In this document: piece by piece, positions 38,201 to 50,849 of the stretch
Layout of the letters: each line of letters begins with the position of its first letter
Position numbering within the stretch: the stretch's first letter is position 1
Assembly: GCA_030770535.1 (NCBI GenBank)
Contig: JASVEC010000012.1
Location: 248,001-312,000 of the forward strand
Direction of reading: 5' to 3'
Length of the DNA stretch: 64,000 bases
Source of the DNA: Batkoa obscura
Lineage: Eukaryota
Program-made: the position numbers and the translations under genes
Notes under the pieces: model-generated
The model's input: the letters and a program-made list of their open reading frames with translations, nothing else
Told to the model about the DNA's origin: nothing
The model's database searches: none

Positions 38201-40210
38201 TTCATTATATTGAAATTTGGGTATTAAATAATTAATTATCATAATAATGTTCTCATCATTTTCTATTTCATTATTATTACTTTCAATAAATTCCATCAAT
38301 TGAATTTTAAAATATTTTAATATAAAATCTATTCTATTAAAATCCATTTGAAACTTTTGAAAACTATTTAAAATAAATAATAGCAATTGATTTATCCATT
38401 TTCCCATTAAATTCCCTTTTAAATAATTCATCTTAATATATTCATTCTCTAATAATAAACCAATTCTATTAATAAATTGATTGATATTTTTTTCTTTAAA
38501 TCTGAATTGTAATTGTAATTGAATATCAATATTATTAAATAAGATTAAAAATAAGGAATTAATCCTTTTGTTATTATTATTATTACTCTGGTTCATTAAA
38601 AATAAATAATAATTATTAATAAAATTAAATTCAACTTCATAATTTTCATTATAATAATAAAATATTAATTTAGAATATTCACTCTCAAAGCATTCTTCAT
38701 TAATCAAATATAAAAATACGTTGGGCTGAATCAATTTAAAAAACTCAATAATTGGTTTTAATTCATTATAACTTTCGATTTGAATCCAATTGAAATTAAT
38801 AATTCCTTTTAAATAATAATAATAATTATAAATAAATTCTATTATTATATTAATATTTAATTCATTTGTTGTATCTTTAATGATGATTTTTATTAATTGA
38901 TAAAATAATTGACTATTGATTGTATTATTATTATTATTATTATTTAATTGTTTCTTAATTTCATTTAATTGTCCATTATTTACCTTTAATTGATTTATAA
39001 CATGTAACAAACTAGTATTGAATTGAAATACTTTATCCGTCATTATAATCTCTACTTCCTTATCTTTGGAGCAATTACCAAGATAATTCAATGTAATTAC
39101 AAATAATTCATTAATTTCTTTATCTTTCATAATAATACTTTGATTTTGGATATAAAACTCCTTTAATACTTTGTAAATTAATTGAAAATCTTTAATAAAA
39201 TGAGTTAAATCGATACTAATTGTCATTAAAAATTGAGTCATTATTAATTTATCTTCTTTTCCAATATTTTGATCTTGAATTTGATCTTTAAAGATAACTA
39301 ACACTGCTAAATATAATGGTGAAAAGGGTACTGTTGTTACTTCCATATTGTTATGTTGTTGTTGTTGTAAATTAATTAATTGATCTATTAAAGCAAATGA
39401 ATATTTAATAAAATAAGTAAATGAAAAATCTAATGTTGAATAAATAATATTCTTATTTTGAAATAATTGAATACAATTTAACCAAATATTTAACTCTAAT
39501 TGATTTAAATTATTATTATTATTAAATAAATTAGATAAATTAAAATATTTTTCAATTACTTTTTTACTTTGTAATTGAATTTTATCACTCTTATTCTTGC
39601 TATCACCCGAATTATCAATATAAATTTTAATAATCTGTATTAAAATTGATTCTTTTTTATCTGGTTGATTAGAATACCATTTAAGCTCCGCCAAATTTTC
39701 CAATAAACTTAATAAATTCGATTGAATTGATGGATTTAATTTAGTAATGTTTTTGTTAATAATAAATTTATTAAAATCAATATTCGATTGTAATACTAAA
39801 TCTGGAAAATATTTTAAATAATCAATTAATAATTTTAAATTAATTTCTTGTAATAAATATTGTTTTTTTTCATTTTTAATTAAATTTAAGTTATTTGTCA
39901 TTGTTAATAAAGATTGAAAATCTAATATTCTTTTTTTATATTCTAATTGAATTTGTTCATTTAATTCTTGATATTTTTTAACAATTTTACTTTGATTTAA
40001 TAATTTATATTGTTGAATATATGATTGAATTTGTTGATTTACTTTTTCTAATTTATTAAAACTAATTTTAATAACTAAACATGTATAATATTGAATCATT
40101 TTATTATCATGTTGAATTCCTTTTAATTGATATGTTTTTAATATATTTTGTGGTAATATATTTTCAATTATTACTTTGAATGAAGGTAATTGTAATTGTA
40201 ATTGTTGCTG

Positions 40211-40282
<72 letters not shown>

Positions 40283-40301
40283 GTTATTATTATTATTATT
40301 A

Positions 40302-40347
<46 letters not shown>

Positions 40348-41762
40348 CAAATTCTGGGACATCTAAATTAATAATTTTCAACAATAATGAAATATTGCTT
40401 AACCAATTAACGGATAATCTTGGTTCAAAACTTAAATTACAATAATTCCAATAATAAGATACTAATTCAGGACAAGTATTGAATATTGTTAACAATAATT
40501 TTTGATGAATTAAATTAGTATTTGCTTGTAATCCAAAACAAAATTCTAATAATTTATTATTATTCATTCTTCTCTTCTTTTTTTCATTACTTTGTTGAAT
40601 TATTATTGTTTCCATTTCATTCCATCCATTAGATTTAATACATATACCATAACCTGATACACTACATATTGATACTAAAAATTTATAAACTAGATCTGAT
40701 ATTTCAATTTCATTATTATTATTATTCACAATTTGATGATTATTTAATAATTCTAAGCACTAAAAAAACACGTTAATATTTAACTTATAACAATAGATTA
40801 AATTAAAAATAAAACTTACTTTACTTAAAAAATCATCATTAAATAAATCAAATAAAAACATCTTGTTATTATAATTTGTATTACTAATAATATTGACTAC
40901 AAACTTAGTTAAGATATTAAAAAAATTTAATATAAACTTTGGATTATCTAAATGTAATCCTTTAACTAATCGTTGAATTGGTATTTGATAAGTTAAATTC
41001 CAATTCGATTTATTATATTTAATCACTTCAAAACAAGTTTCACAATACTTTAAAAATTCCCATCGAGTTTCTATATAAAATTATTACTATATTAAATATT
41101 GTTCTATTATTGATTCAATTATTAAACTTACTTTTCCTTTCTTGTTCTTGATATTCTTCTACACTTTTACCATCCAAAAATTCTTCATTAACTTTAATAT
41201 TATTTAAAACACGACCAACAATCTAAAAATAAAATAAAATATCAATTATAAAATCAACTAAAACCTTTTCTCTTATTTAACTTACTTGTGGTTTCATTTG
41301 AAACACAACAAACACTTCATTAAAATTACCATTAAAATAAAAGATAATTGTTTTCAATAATTTAAAACAAAGTTGATGTAATTTAGCTACATTAACTTTT
41401 AAATAACTCATAATTTTATCACTAAATTTTAATATCAATTTTTTAATCAATGAATTTCTTTCACTATGACCTTTAAATTGTAATACTTCTTCATCATAAG
41501 ATAATAATTCTAAACTCCATATGATTAGTTGAAGTAGATGGATATTTACTTGAAAATGAGTAGAAGTGGATGATTCTAATGTTTCCCAATAATTCAATAT
41601 CTCTTCAATATTGGGGGAATGTTTTAAATAGATCAATAAAGTAGATAAATGTAATTGACTTTCTTTAGGTTGAATTTGTTCATATAATTGTTGAATTGTA
41701 GATTCTATTAATTGCGGTTGCTTTAAAGCTTCCTTAATTTCACTACCTGTTAAATAATCCAT
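35272..41762 (-). CDS. URB1: Nucleolar pre-ribosomal-associated protein 1 (Urb1/Npa1), multi-exon
   Basis: CPELVSYYW...SFEPRLS.NW (Npa1 region) and C-terminal YDPYFLL...ISLSS...R...Y, RIPS.I..F, P.HSMY..INRYLL..P.L...LP.F, ERKWVL; ORFs 41277-41762, 40760-41026, 37043-40729 and 35272-37017 joined by short introns. Confidence 0.85.
37050..37123. repeat. (AAAAAT)n simple repeat inside a URB1 intron
   Basis: Tandem AAAAAT units read directly; the FIFIFI tail of the ORF track is intron read-through. Confidence 0.85.
40211..40345 (-). repeat. (AAT)n microsatellite encoding 45 consecutive Asn in URB1
   Basis: 135 nt of ATT repeats on + with two GTT interruptions, in frame in the large exon. Confidence 0.95.
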
Positions 41763-41996
41763 TATTTTTTATTGTTGTTCTATACGATGGATATTGATTC
41801 CTCTTTTCTTTTTTATCTATAAAAATATTAGTCTTAAAAAAAAAGAATCAAAACCTTTACTTTATTCAAAAATTGAATTTAAATGTCAAAATTCAAAAAA
41901 AAATTTGAACCAATTAAAATCGAAAAATTTATAAAAAATTAATCTTTAATATTTTCAATTACATTTGTTTTATTTAATTAACAAAAAAAACATTTA

Positions 41997-44759
41997 TCAA
42001 ATGAGTAACCCTTCATAAAACAAATCCTCTTTATCTAATATCACTTCCTTTTCCTTCTGTCCATTAAAGATCCTATTCAACCCTCCTTCTTTAATAAACA
42101 AAATCAAATTACTTGCTTTACCTTTCGTCAACTTTTTCACACCTTCCAAATCAACTCCTTTTCTTTTCACTTCATCTAATCTCAAAATCAATTTGTTAAT
42201 TAATTTTTCCTGTAATTTCGAAATAGGTTGTTGTTTCCAATTCGCTTTTTTTAGTATAAATGGTATAGAATTGGAATGTCGGTTACGAATATAAGTTTCA
42301 CATGATAATATAATAGATTCTAAACTATCGGATTTAATCGGGAGCACTCGAGGTGTGTAGAAAATAAATGTTTTATTGTATAGGATTTTTTTGCGATATT
42401 TGACGATGTAATAACCTAATATTAAATATGTTTTTATTAACTATTGTGTTTTGTTAATATAACTTAACTTACTATCTTCTTTTTCAATTCGAATTTGACC
42501 ATTTAATAAATTTAAAACAAAACAATTTTCATCTAACATAACCCAATCAAAATCACCTATGTTATCTTCTTTTCTTTTAGTTTGATTTTGTATAAAATTG
42601 ATATGATTTAAATTATCATAATGAATTAATTGAATATTTTTGATAAAACTTGGTAATACCACTTTTTTTTTTTCTTCTTCTTTTCTCTCCTTCTCTTCTT
42701 TTTCTTTTTCCTTCACCTTCTCTCTCTTCTCAATCAATTGACTTATTTTTTGTTCTTTTAATATTAAATTATAATCCATACCTAAAAGAGTAGGGATACT
42801 ACATAATGTTTTATCTTTTTGTACATCAACAAAATCCAATATTAAACATTCTTTTTTTCCTACATGCTTTCGCATTCCTCGTCCTAACATTTGTTGATAT
42901 AAGGGTTTACTTTTTGTTGGACGGGCCATGATAATACAATCAATATTTGGAATATCTGATGTTATTTTTGGTAAATATGATTATAAATATTAAATTCTAG
43001 CTTACCCAAACCTTCAGTTAAAATAGCTATTAATATTTTAAAGAATAAAAATAAATAAATTAAATAATTAAGATAAATAATAGAAATAAAACAAAACTTA
43101 CTACAATTAATTAAAACTTTTAATTTCCCGATTTTAAAATTTTCAATGTATTCTTGTCTTAGTTCAAGTCTTGTTTGACTACTAATAACTTCACATTCAA
43201 TTTTCCAAAATTTAAATTTTTTTTCTAGATTTATAGCATGTTGGATATTTAACGCAAATATTATCGTTGATTTTCTGGTTTCTATAGATGAGTAACAAAA
43301 TTATAAAAAAAATATTCAATGATTATTAATATAATTATTGATGAGTAGAGATAATTAATAAACTTACTTGCTAGCCTTCTATATCCATGAACAATTAAAT
43401 TATTTCTTTCTTCTGTATCAATAGCAGTTGCTAATTGAGTTTGATTATAATCACCTAATACATAACCCACATTAGAAAGATCAATTTCTGTTTTAATTGT
43501 TGTAGCTTTAATGTCACATAACCTAAAATTAAATTGTAAAAAATAAAAAATAAAATCCTATTAATTCATATTGAATATTTACCATCCTTCCTTTACCATC
43601 TCAAAAAAATCTTTATGATAAATAATTTTATCAAATATTTTAGATAGCCCAATACCATCATGTCTTCTCAGAGTAGCAGAACAGCCCCATAATAATATAT
43701 TATTATTAATTTTATTATTATTATTACTATTATTATCATTTAAATTATTATTTAAATTATCCTCTTCTTCATTTTTAATCAAACCAAAATGATTTAATAT
43801 TCTAAGATAAGTGGTAGCCGATGAGTGATGAGCCTATTAGATTAAAAGGAATTAGAAAAAATTAAATAAAATCATATTATTATTATTATTATTTTATTAA
43901 ATTTCTTATAAGTTTTATCACTTACCTCATCAATAATCACACATTTAAACTTCTCTTTATGAAATCTAGCTAATCTTTTACTATTATTATAACCTAAAGA
44001 TTGTACTGATACTAAAATCACATCCGTATTATCAATATCACAATGATGACGTCCACGTTCGATATCAATTCTCTAATGTTTTTGAATCTATTTAATATAA
44101 TCTTCAATTTAAATACTTATTTTTATCCTTATATACAAATATAAAAATGATAATACAAATAGTAAATAAAACGGAACTGACTTACTAACTTTGGGTTAAA
44201 GCTTTTAATAGTTCTAAAAGCTTGAAATAATAACTCTTGTCGATGTGCTAATACTAATACTTTATCTCCACCTTTTATAAATGTTGGTATCTGTGGTATC
44301 AAGTGCGCCATTACTACCTATTTTTTTATCCATTATTAAATCCAAACTCTTAGTTTTTAGAATACTTGATATTACTGTTTTTCCGCTACCTAGATTAAAA
44401 TTCAATAAAATTATTATCATCGAGTTTTTGTTTTGATAGTATTAAATAAAAATGATTATTTACCAACTGGTAAAGAGATAGCTTGTCGTGTTATTCCTGA
44501 ATTTAATCCATTTATGGTGCTCTCAATACACTCTTTTTGGTAAGTTCGAAGTTGTATCGAATTGGACTTGGCTACGGAATGTCAATGATTTAATTTTGAA
44601 ATGATTTAATAATTAGGATTACTTTTTGCCAGTCTAGTATGAATTAAATTGATCTGAATTAAGAACCTTTTTCTAAATAAATAGGTTTTGTCAATTGTTA
44701 TTAAGTGTGGTTGTTATTAAAATAAAGTACCCTCGAATAAAATTGGATTTTAATAGCAT
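41997..44759 (-). CDS. IRC3: Mitochondrial SF2 DEAH helicase Irc3, many exons
   Basis: Spliced LRTYQKECI..RQAISLPVGSGKTVV, VLVLAHRQELLFQA, IIDEAHH, GCSATLRRHDG.GL..IFD.I.YH, LTEG.DIPNIDCIIMARPTKS..LYQQMLGRGMR. Confidence 0.9.
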
Positions 44760-45049
44760 TTTTTACGAAAAAAGAATTGATGTGGTTTTGTCTTTACATT
44801 CAAATATAGATAATTAAAATTTAGCTTTTTTTATTTCGTTAATTTTCATATTTTGAGCAACATAAATTTTAGAAATTTTATTAGTAAAAATAACTGAACT
44901 AAAAAACACTCCTATTTTGTATGTGGTCTGTATAAAATACAAGTCAACTATGAGAAATTACAAAATAGCAAAATGTTTGAAATATTAGTTTTTATTAAAT
45001 GTATTATTTGATATTTGTAAAACAGCAGGTCAAAGACCAACTCATTAAG

Positions 45050-45990
45050 AGAGCAGTTAGATATTGTTATAAAAACTTTTGACGTAAAGCTTGTCTTATC
45101 AGCAATGCTTTATTATCCCTTAACCACTTACATACTTGAGGTGATCTGGTGCTCCTCTAGCTATGCTTAACTTTTAAAAGGAGTAAAGCCATCTTCAGTT
45201 TACATCTTTAATCTATTATAATTGCTACTAAAAAACTCCTCTCAACAAAATAGTTCATTAAATAAAGCGGCTATAAATTTTAGGCATGTTTAGCCCATAG
45301 CATCTTCTACTGCTAAACAGTAGAATTCTCTAAATAGCTTGTTGTATTAACAACTTTAATCAATACAAAAAGCTAAAAGCTAAAGTTAATTTAATAGTCA
45401 TACTAAAGCTATTGAGTAATTACTATAATAGATAAAACTATTCTATTGTATGAACCATTAGTAAAGGATTTCAAGGCCAACGTTGATTTCTATAACCCTA
45501 GTTATTTGGTTTCTACAGTTATTGTCTAAGTCATTTTCGAATTATAAGGTTATTCAAGGCATGCTTTCCCTTAAATTATAACTAATACATTTGATAACAA
45601 TTCATGATTATACATCAATATACTGTTACCAACAATCTTATCAATCAATATGATTCTACTAAATTAGCAGCAATTATACAATCGAAATAAAATCATCAAC
45701 ATCGAATACATGAAAATTCAGGCCCAATTTTAGTTTAATAAACACCACAATAATGCAACTAATCAAGTAGCATACAGCACTTGTATAAATTAAAAGATAA
45801 ATGATGAAATTAGTTTTTTGTAGTTCATAAAAAAAATTTTTTTTAAAGAACTTTACATAGCTATTAAGATAGCAAGCCCCAATTGGGTAACCACAACCGA
45901 TAAACACTACGTAATTGACTCTTAGAAGTTAACTATGCCTACTCCTTAAAAAAGGTAGGAAAGTACGTGGATGTCAGGATCTATTCATTT
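45050..45990 (-). pseudogene. Decayed multi-pass membrane protein gene, possibly 7TM-RGS type; boundaries approximate
   Basis: Hydrophobic 77-aa ORF (GYPIGACYLNSYVKFF...) flanked by stops and frameshifts; downstream LFREFYCLAVED..*.CL.F and GAP weakly resemble RGS motifs. Confidence 0.3.
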
Positions 45991-47097
45991 TTTTGTCCTT
46001 AAGGATTAGTTAAATTTAATTTAAACTGATGTCCATTTAGCCTTGCGATATTTCGCCCTAGATTTCAACTATTGTAGTACCATTCAAGAATTGAATACCA
46101 CAAAATAGTCATTAACAACGCAATTGATCAATTGACAATTTAAATTTAATTGGAACCATAGAGCTCTACCCTTTTAAAAGCTTTCTAATATATTTATCTC
46201 GAATAATTAAATGTCCACTAGTTATTGTTCCCTCCCTAGTTGATAAATACATCGAGTCACCAACCATAAATGGATTGGCAAGTAGTTGAAAACGCTATTG
46301 CATTAAAGAGAACTATTGAGTATTTAACCGAAATCTAGAAGCTTTTTTACATGTAGTTTTAGTTAACAAATTTCAGTTTGACTTTATATATCTATTAAAA
46401 TGCGTAGTTCAGGGTTGTTCAGTAAAGGTTGAGAATTAAGTTGAAATGGTTAGCTCAAATAATAAATTTATTGAACCACCAATAATATTTGTTGATTTAT
46501 AAAATGAACAATTTACTTAGTATTGATTTTTCATCGAAAGTTGAGAATGTGTTTAATTCGATTTGTTCATTTTCTGTTTAATGAAAAGTTGAAAGTATTA
46601 TTAGTTAAAAACTGAAATAAAACACTACCAATTTATTTATTTTTGAAATAATCAAAACTATAATTACAAAGTATAGCTTAATGTACTATAGTTATAAAAA
46701 ATTTTAAAAATAAAATTTTGACTTTCCAAATTTTGACTATAGAATTTCCCACGGAAACTACATTATAAAATTTAAACTTTTTAGATTATGTTTATAAATT
46801 GTTGATTAAAAATTCTACCATATACATTTTGGTGTTTTTAGTTAAAATGAAAGCCACAAAAAACCCAGAGAAATATGAGGTGGTAAAGTAATTGAAACAG
46901 CCACACCAGGCAAAAAGCTTCTAAAAGATGTAAAGAAGTTCCTAAACATTTTAATAGGTCACATTTTAAATATTTTCCTTATATATTATATAAGCAGCTT
47001 TATTAATACAAGTTTGGTCATGCTTTTCTTATAAATTGAATCAAGGAAAAACTTAAAGTTAATAACTAACCTTTTCATTGATCTTTTATAACTACAA

Positions 47098-48619
47098 ATG
47101 AAATTTTTAAATCAAATTGTTTATACCTTACTCTTCGTTACTGGCTTCAATAGTAAAGAAAATAAGATTTCTGATGTATTAGATCTCAACAATGTAAACT
47201 ATGATAGCATTATCAAGTCTGAAAAGCTTATTTTAGTTGAATATTTTTCCACTTGGTCTCATCACTGTAAAGCTCTTGGTAAGTTTTGTTTTCTTATTCA
47301 GATTGATCTTGGTTTAATGTGCTTTTAGCTCCTGAGTATGAACTTGCTGCTACTACCCTTAAAAAGCAAAACATCAAACTTGCTAAAGTTGACTGTGACG
47401 TTGAACAAAGTATTTGTCAAAAAGAAGGCGTTGAAGGTTACCCATGGCTTAAGGCTTTCAGGTGTTTTTTTGGCTGTTAGATTCATTGATATAAACTAAT
47501 TTTTTAAAGGAATGGTGTAGCTTCTAGCTATAACGGTCAGCGTAAGAGCGATGCCATCGTTGATTTCATGAAAAAGTAGAATTGTTATTTTTAATTAATA
47601 CGCAATTAAACGTTTTCTTTAGACAAGCTCATCTAAGCGCCTCTAAATATAAAGTTTTCGGCAAGGTTTCCAAAACCCACCGTAAACAAGTCCTTTTTGG
47701 TGTTATCTCCGATGAAAAAGAAATTAAAAAAAGTAGTGCTTCTGAGAATGGATTTGTACTTTACAAACAATTTAATGAAGATAAAAATGATCATGGTAGT
47801 AAAACTAATGAGGATTCCCTTGACCTTACCAAAACTAACCCCTTTTCTCTAATTGGGGAAATTAGACCCTATAATTTTTTCAATTATAAGAAAGTCAAGA
47901 AACCTATTGCATACATCTTTATTGACAAAGTAGAAGATCGTGAAAGTTTCGCCAAGGATCTCCAAGCTGTTGCTAAAGAAACTAAAGGCAAAATTACCTT
48001 TGCTTTTTTTAATATTACCCTTTATGGACATTTCACTGCTAAATCACTTGGCCTTAAAGAAAAATACCCAGCTTTTGCTATACAACAAATTGAGCCGGCT
48101 GGTAAATTCCCTCTTAATGATATGGAAGCACCTTATGCTGATAGCATCTCTAAATTCGTTAAAGATTTTTTAGCTGGTAATTTGAAGCCATCAATTAAAT
48201 CTGCTACTGCACCAGAAAAGAATGATGGACCTGTTAAAGTCATTGTTGCTAATGAATTTGATCAAATTGTCAATGATTTCGATAAAGATGTTTTAGTTGA
48301 ATTTTGTTCTTCAGTGTGCAGTCACTGTAAAAAGCTTGGTTAGTTTATTTGCTTTAAAATTTAGAAGCATAGGTATTAATATTAGTTTATAGAGCCAATT
48401 TATAACAAACTTGGTGAAGTTTATGTTGATATCAAGAATATTGTGATTTCTAAAATGGATATTGATGATAATGACCTTCCATATGGTTCTAAATTTGAAG
48501 TTAATGCAATCCCAGCAATCAAACTTTTCAAGGCTGGTAAAGAGAAACAAACTGTTGACTATGAAGGGGACTCTACTCTTGAAGATTTAGCTAAATTCCT
48601 TTCTGAAAACGCTGTGTAA
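47098..48619 (+). CDS. Divergent protein disulfide isomerase (PDI1-like paralogue), at least 5 exons
   Basis: Exons 47098-47278, 47329-47461, 47510-47575, 47623-48338, 48393-48619 splice in frame; [31 protein letters not shown]; active sites WSHHC and VCSHC. A further intron (48616-48665) could move the stop to 48693. Confidence 0.85.
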
Positions 48620-48770
48620 ACTATTGACACTTTTTTAAATATTTGATATTAATTTAATTTATTAGTAATAACGCTAAGATGAACTTCCAATGAGTGGAAA
48701 AATGGTCCAAATGTTTTTTAAAATTCAGAATTTTTTAATCTAGTTAAATAATTAAAATTTTTTAAAATAT

Positions 48771-48866
48771 GGGGATTTTTTTTTTGACTTCACTTTTTCC
48801 ATTTTTTAAGGGCTATTTGAGTGGGAAGATTGTTAGTAAAATTCTTAAACAAAAAAATACATCCTT
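48771..48866 (-). mobile_element. MITE family A copy 5 (96 bp, reverse orientation)
   Basis: Flanked by ATAT on both sides; core identical to copy 6. Confidence 0.85.
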
Positions 48867-49692
48867 ATATGTTTTTTTGACTTTTTAATGAGTAGTTAAA
48901 GCAGTGTCTTTTGAAATAGAAATCCATAATAAAAGCTTAACAACAAACATAGTATTTTTAAATAGAGTAGTAAAGAACTAAAAACTACACTGGTGAAAAC
49001 TCATTTTCTAGATTTCGAGTAGTTAAGCCTAAAAGATGTAAGAAAGTACTATCTAAACAAGAAAATTTTTCATTCGTAAAGACAGCAATGAACTGGAAAG
49101 AAACTCAATCAAGAAACCAAAGACAGTTTTACGATATTGCTAATGAATGGCCCAGATAACTAAAATTGTTAATTGAGACATAAAATATCATGATCACGTA
49201 CAAAAAAGGATCTTTACTCATATTACACTACGTTCATTACGACGATTATCTAAAATATATGAGCAAGATATCCATACAGATAGAATATGTGGGAAGCCCA
49301 AAAAGCATGCCAAATAATATCTAAAGAGGCAAAACAGAGAACACAGGAGGTCGAAATCAACTAATCATAAGTGTGAGTTTGGGAGAGATAAAAATAAGCA
49401 ACTTTATCAACTCTTTAGGCTGGTGTTCCTAATTTGACAATAAAGGTTAGGCAAAAAAAGCACTGAGCACTCCAAAATTTAATTTTAACATCTAAGGATA
49501 AAAGCATTGTTAAAAATCCATTAGCACACGGAATAAGTTAATTCTCTGTAACTTTACTAAGATTTCATCAACATCAATTTTGATAAATTAATTTAAGTAG
49601 GCTATGGAGTAGAAGAAGGTTTTATGGCGCTTTTCGGATAGCTGCAGCTATAACAAAAATTGATGTTAAAATACAAAATTCCATGATCATAT

Positions 49693-49791
49693 GGGGATGT
49701 ATTTTTTTGTTTAAGAATTTTACTAACAATCTTCCCACTCAAATAGCCCTTAAAAAATGGAAAAAGTGATCAAGCCAAAAAAAACATTCTC
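49693..49791 (+). mobile_element. MITE family A copy 6 (99 bp)
   Basis: GGGGATGTATTTTT...AAAACATTCTC flanked by ATAT on both sides. Confidence 0.85.
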
Positions 49792-50210
49792 ATATGTAAA
49801 ATATTTGATATTTGAATATATTTATAGATGCATTGAATTTCTTATCAATCTTTTTAATAAAACTTTTATTTACGAAAGTAATTTTTACGATAAAAAGTTG
49901 ATTTGATCTAAATCTTTTATAAATTAAAACTACTGACTAAACATGATGTCTTACGATAATACTGTTATTTGTGTTGTGAAAATTCTAATCTGGTATTGAT
50001 TTATAGAATTATATTGATCTATTGTTTATTTAACTGGAATCCCAATATTTGATATAATTTCATTATTTTACTAATATAATTTCCTATTCTATTTTATATC
50101 AACAGTCATTATTCATTGACTTTAATTACTAAGTTAGTATTTAATATAACTTAAAATGTATAATATATTTATTAAGAATAATGAAGGATAAAGAATAACG
50201 GATGACCACT

Positions 50211-50849
50211 CTACAACAAGAAAGTAAATGCAACCAAACCCATCGAAGCGAATGAATAATATACTGAGCTTAGACTCATGGCATCTGATTTAGCGCCTGC
50301 TTTAGAAGCAGTACTATCAGTACTATTAGTCAATACGACTTTAGGAGCTGGAGTTTTTTCGGGACTTTGACCTGGGTTTCCAGGCCATGAAGACCAGTCA
50401 CCAGTACCATTTTTACAATATTGCATGGTAGGGAAATAGATAGTATTATTGTAAGTAGCAGTAAGAGGTAATTTAACGGAAAGTCCAAAATCCATAAATT
50501 GATTATGGGGTAATTCAACATTATTTTGAGCTTCCCAAGTAACTGAATTAGGGACTTTAGATGCTCCACCTGATTCTCCTTCAGTACTGTTGGTACTACC
50601 TTGTTTGTCATTAGGGTAACCATAGCTTACTTTCCATCCAGAAACGCTTTGAGCAGTAGCTCCAGTGGTTAAATCATCAGTGAGATTTATCGTTATTTTG
50701 GTAGTATCAGAGGTACCACAACCATGAGGTACACGAATAAAAGTAACAAAATAGCTACCAGCTAATCCAACGGCGGGATTAGCAGTTACATGAGATGAAA
50801 TAGAGTTCAAAAAAAGGGAAGTTACAGCAAGTAGTGAGATGGATTTCAT
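50211..50849 (-). CDS. YcnI/DUF1775-family copper-binding protein, secreted and probably GPI-anchored (intronless)
   Basis: Signal peptide ending ...SISS then HVTANP; F.RVPHGC..S.T..I.I, GWKV, VTW, F.DFGLSVKLP, IYFPT.QYC..G...W, PAPKVVL; Ser/Thr/Ala spacer and hydrophobic C-terminus; first ATG at 50849. Confidence 0.85.
   Translation of the reverse strand: MKSISLLAVTSLFLNSISSHVTANPAVGLAGSYFVTFIRVPHGCGTSDTTKITINLTDDLTTGATAQSVSGWKVSYGYPNDKQGSTNSTEGESGGASKVPNSVTWEAQNNVELPHNQFMDFGLSVKLPLTATYNNTIYFPTMQYCKNGTGDWSSWPGNPGQSPEKTPAPKVVLTNSTDSTASKAGAKSDAMSLSSVYYSFASMGLVAFTFLL

Noticed and set aside
40171..40371. Poly-Ile and poly-Tyr ORFs
   Set aside because: Alternative frames of the (AAT)n microsatellite in URB1.
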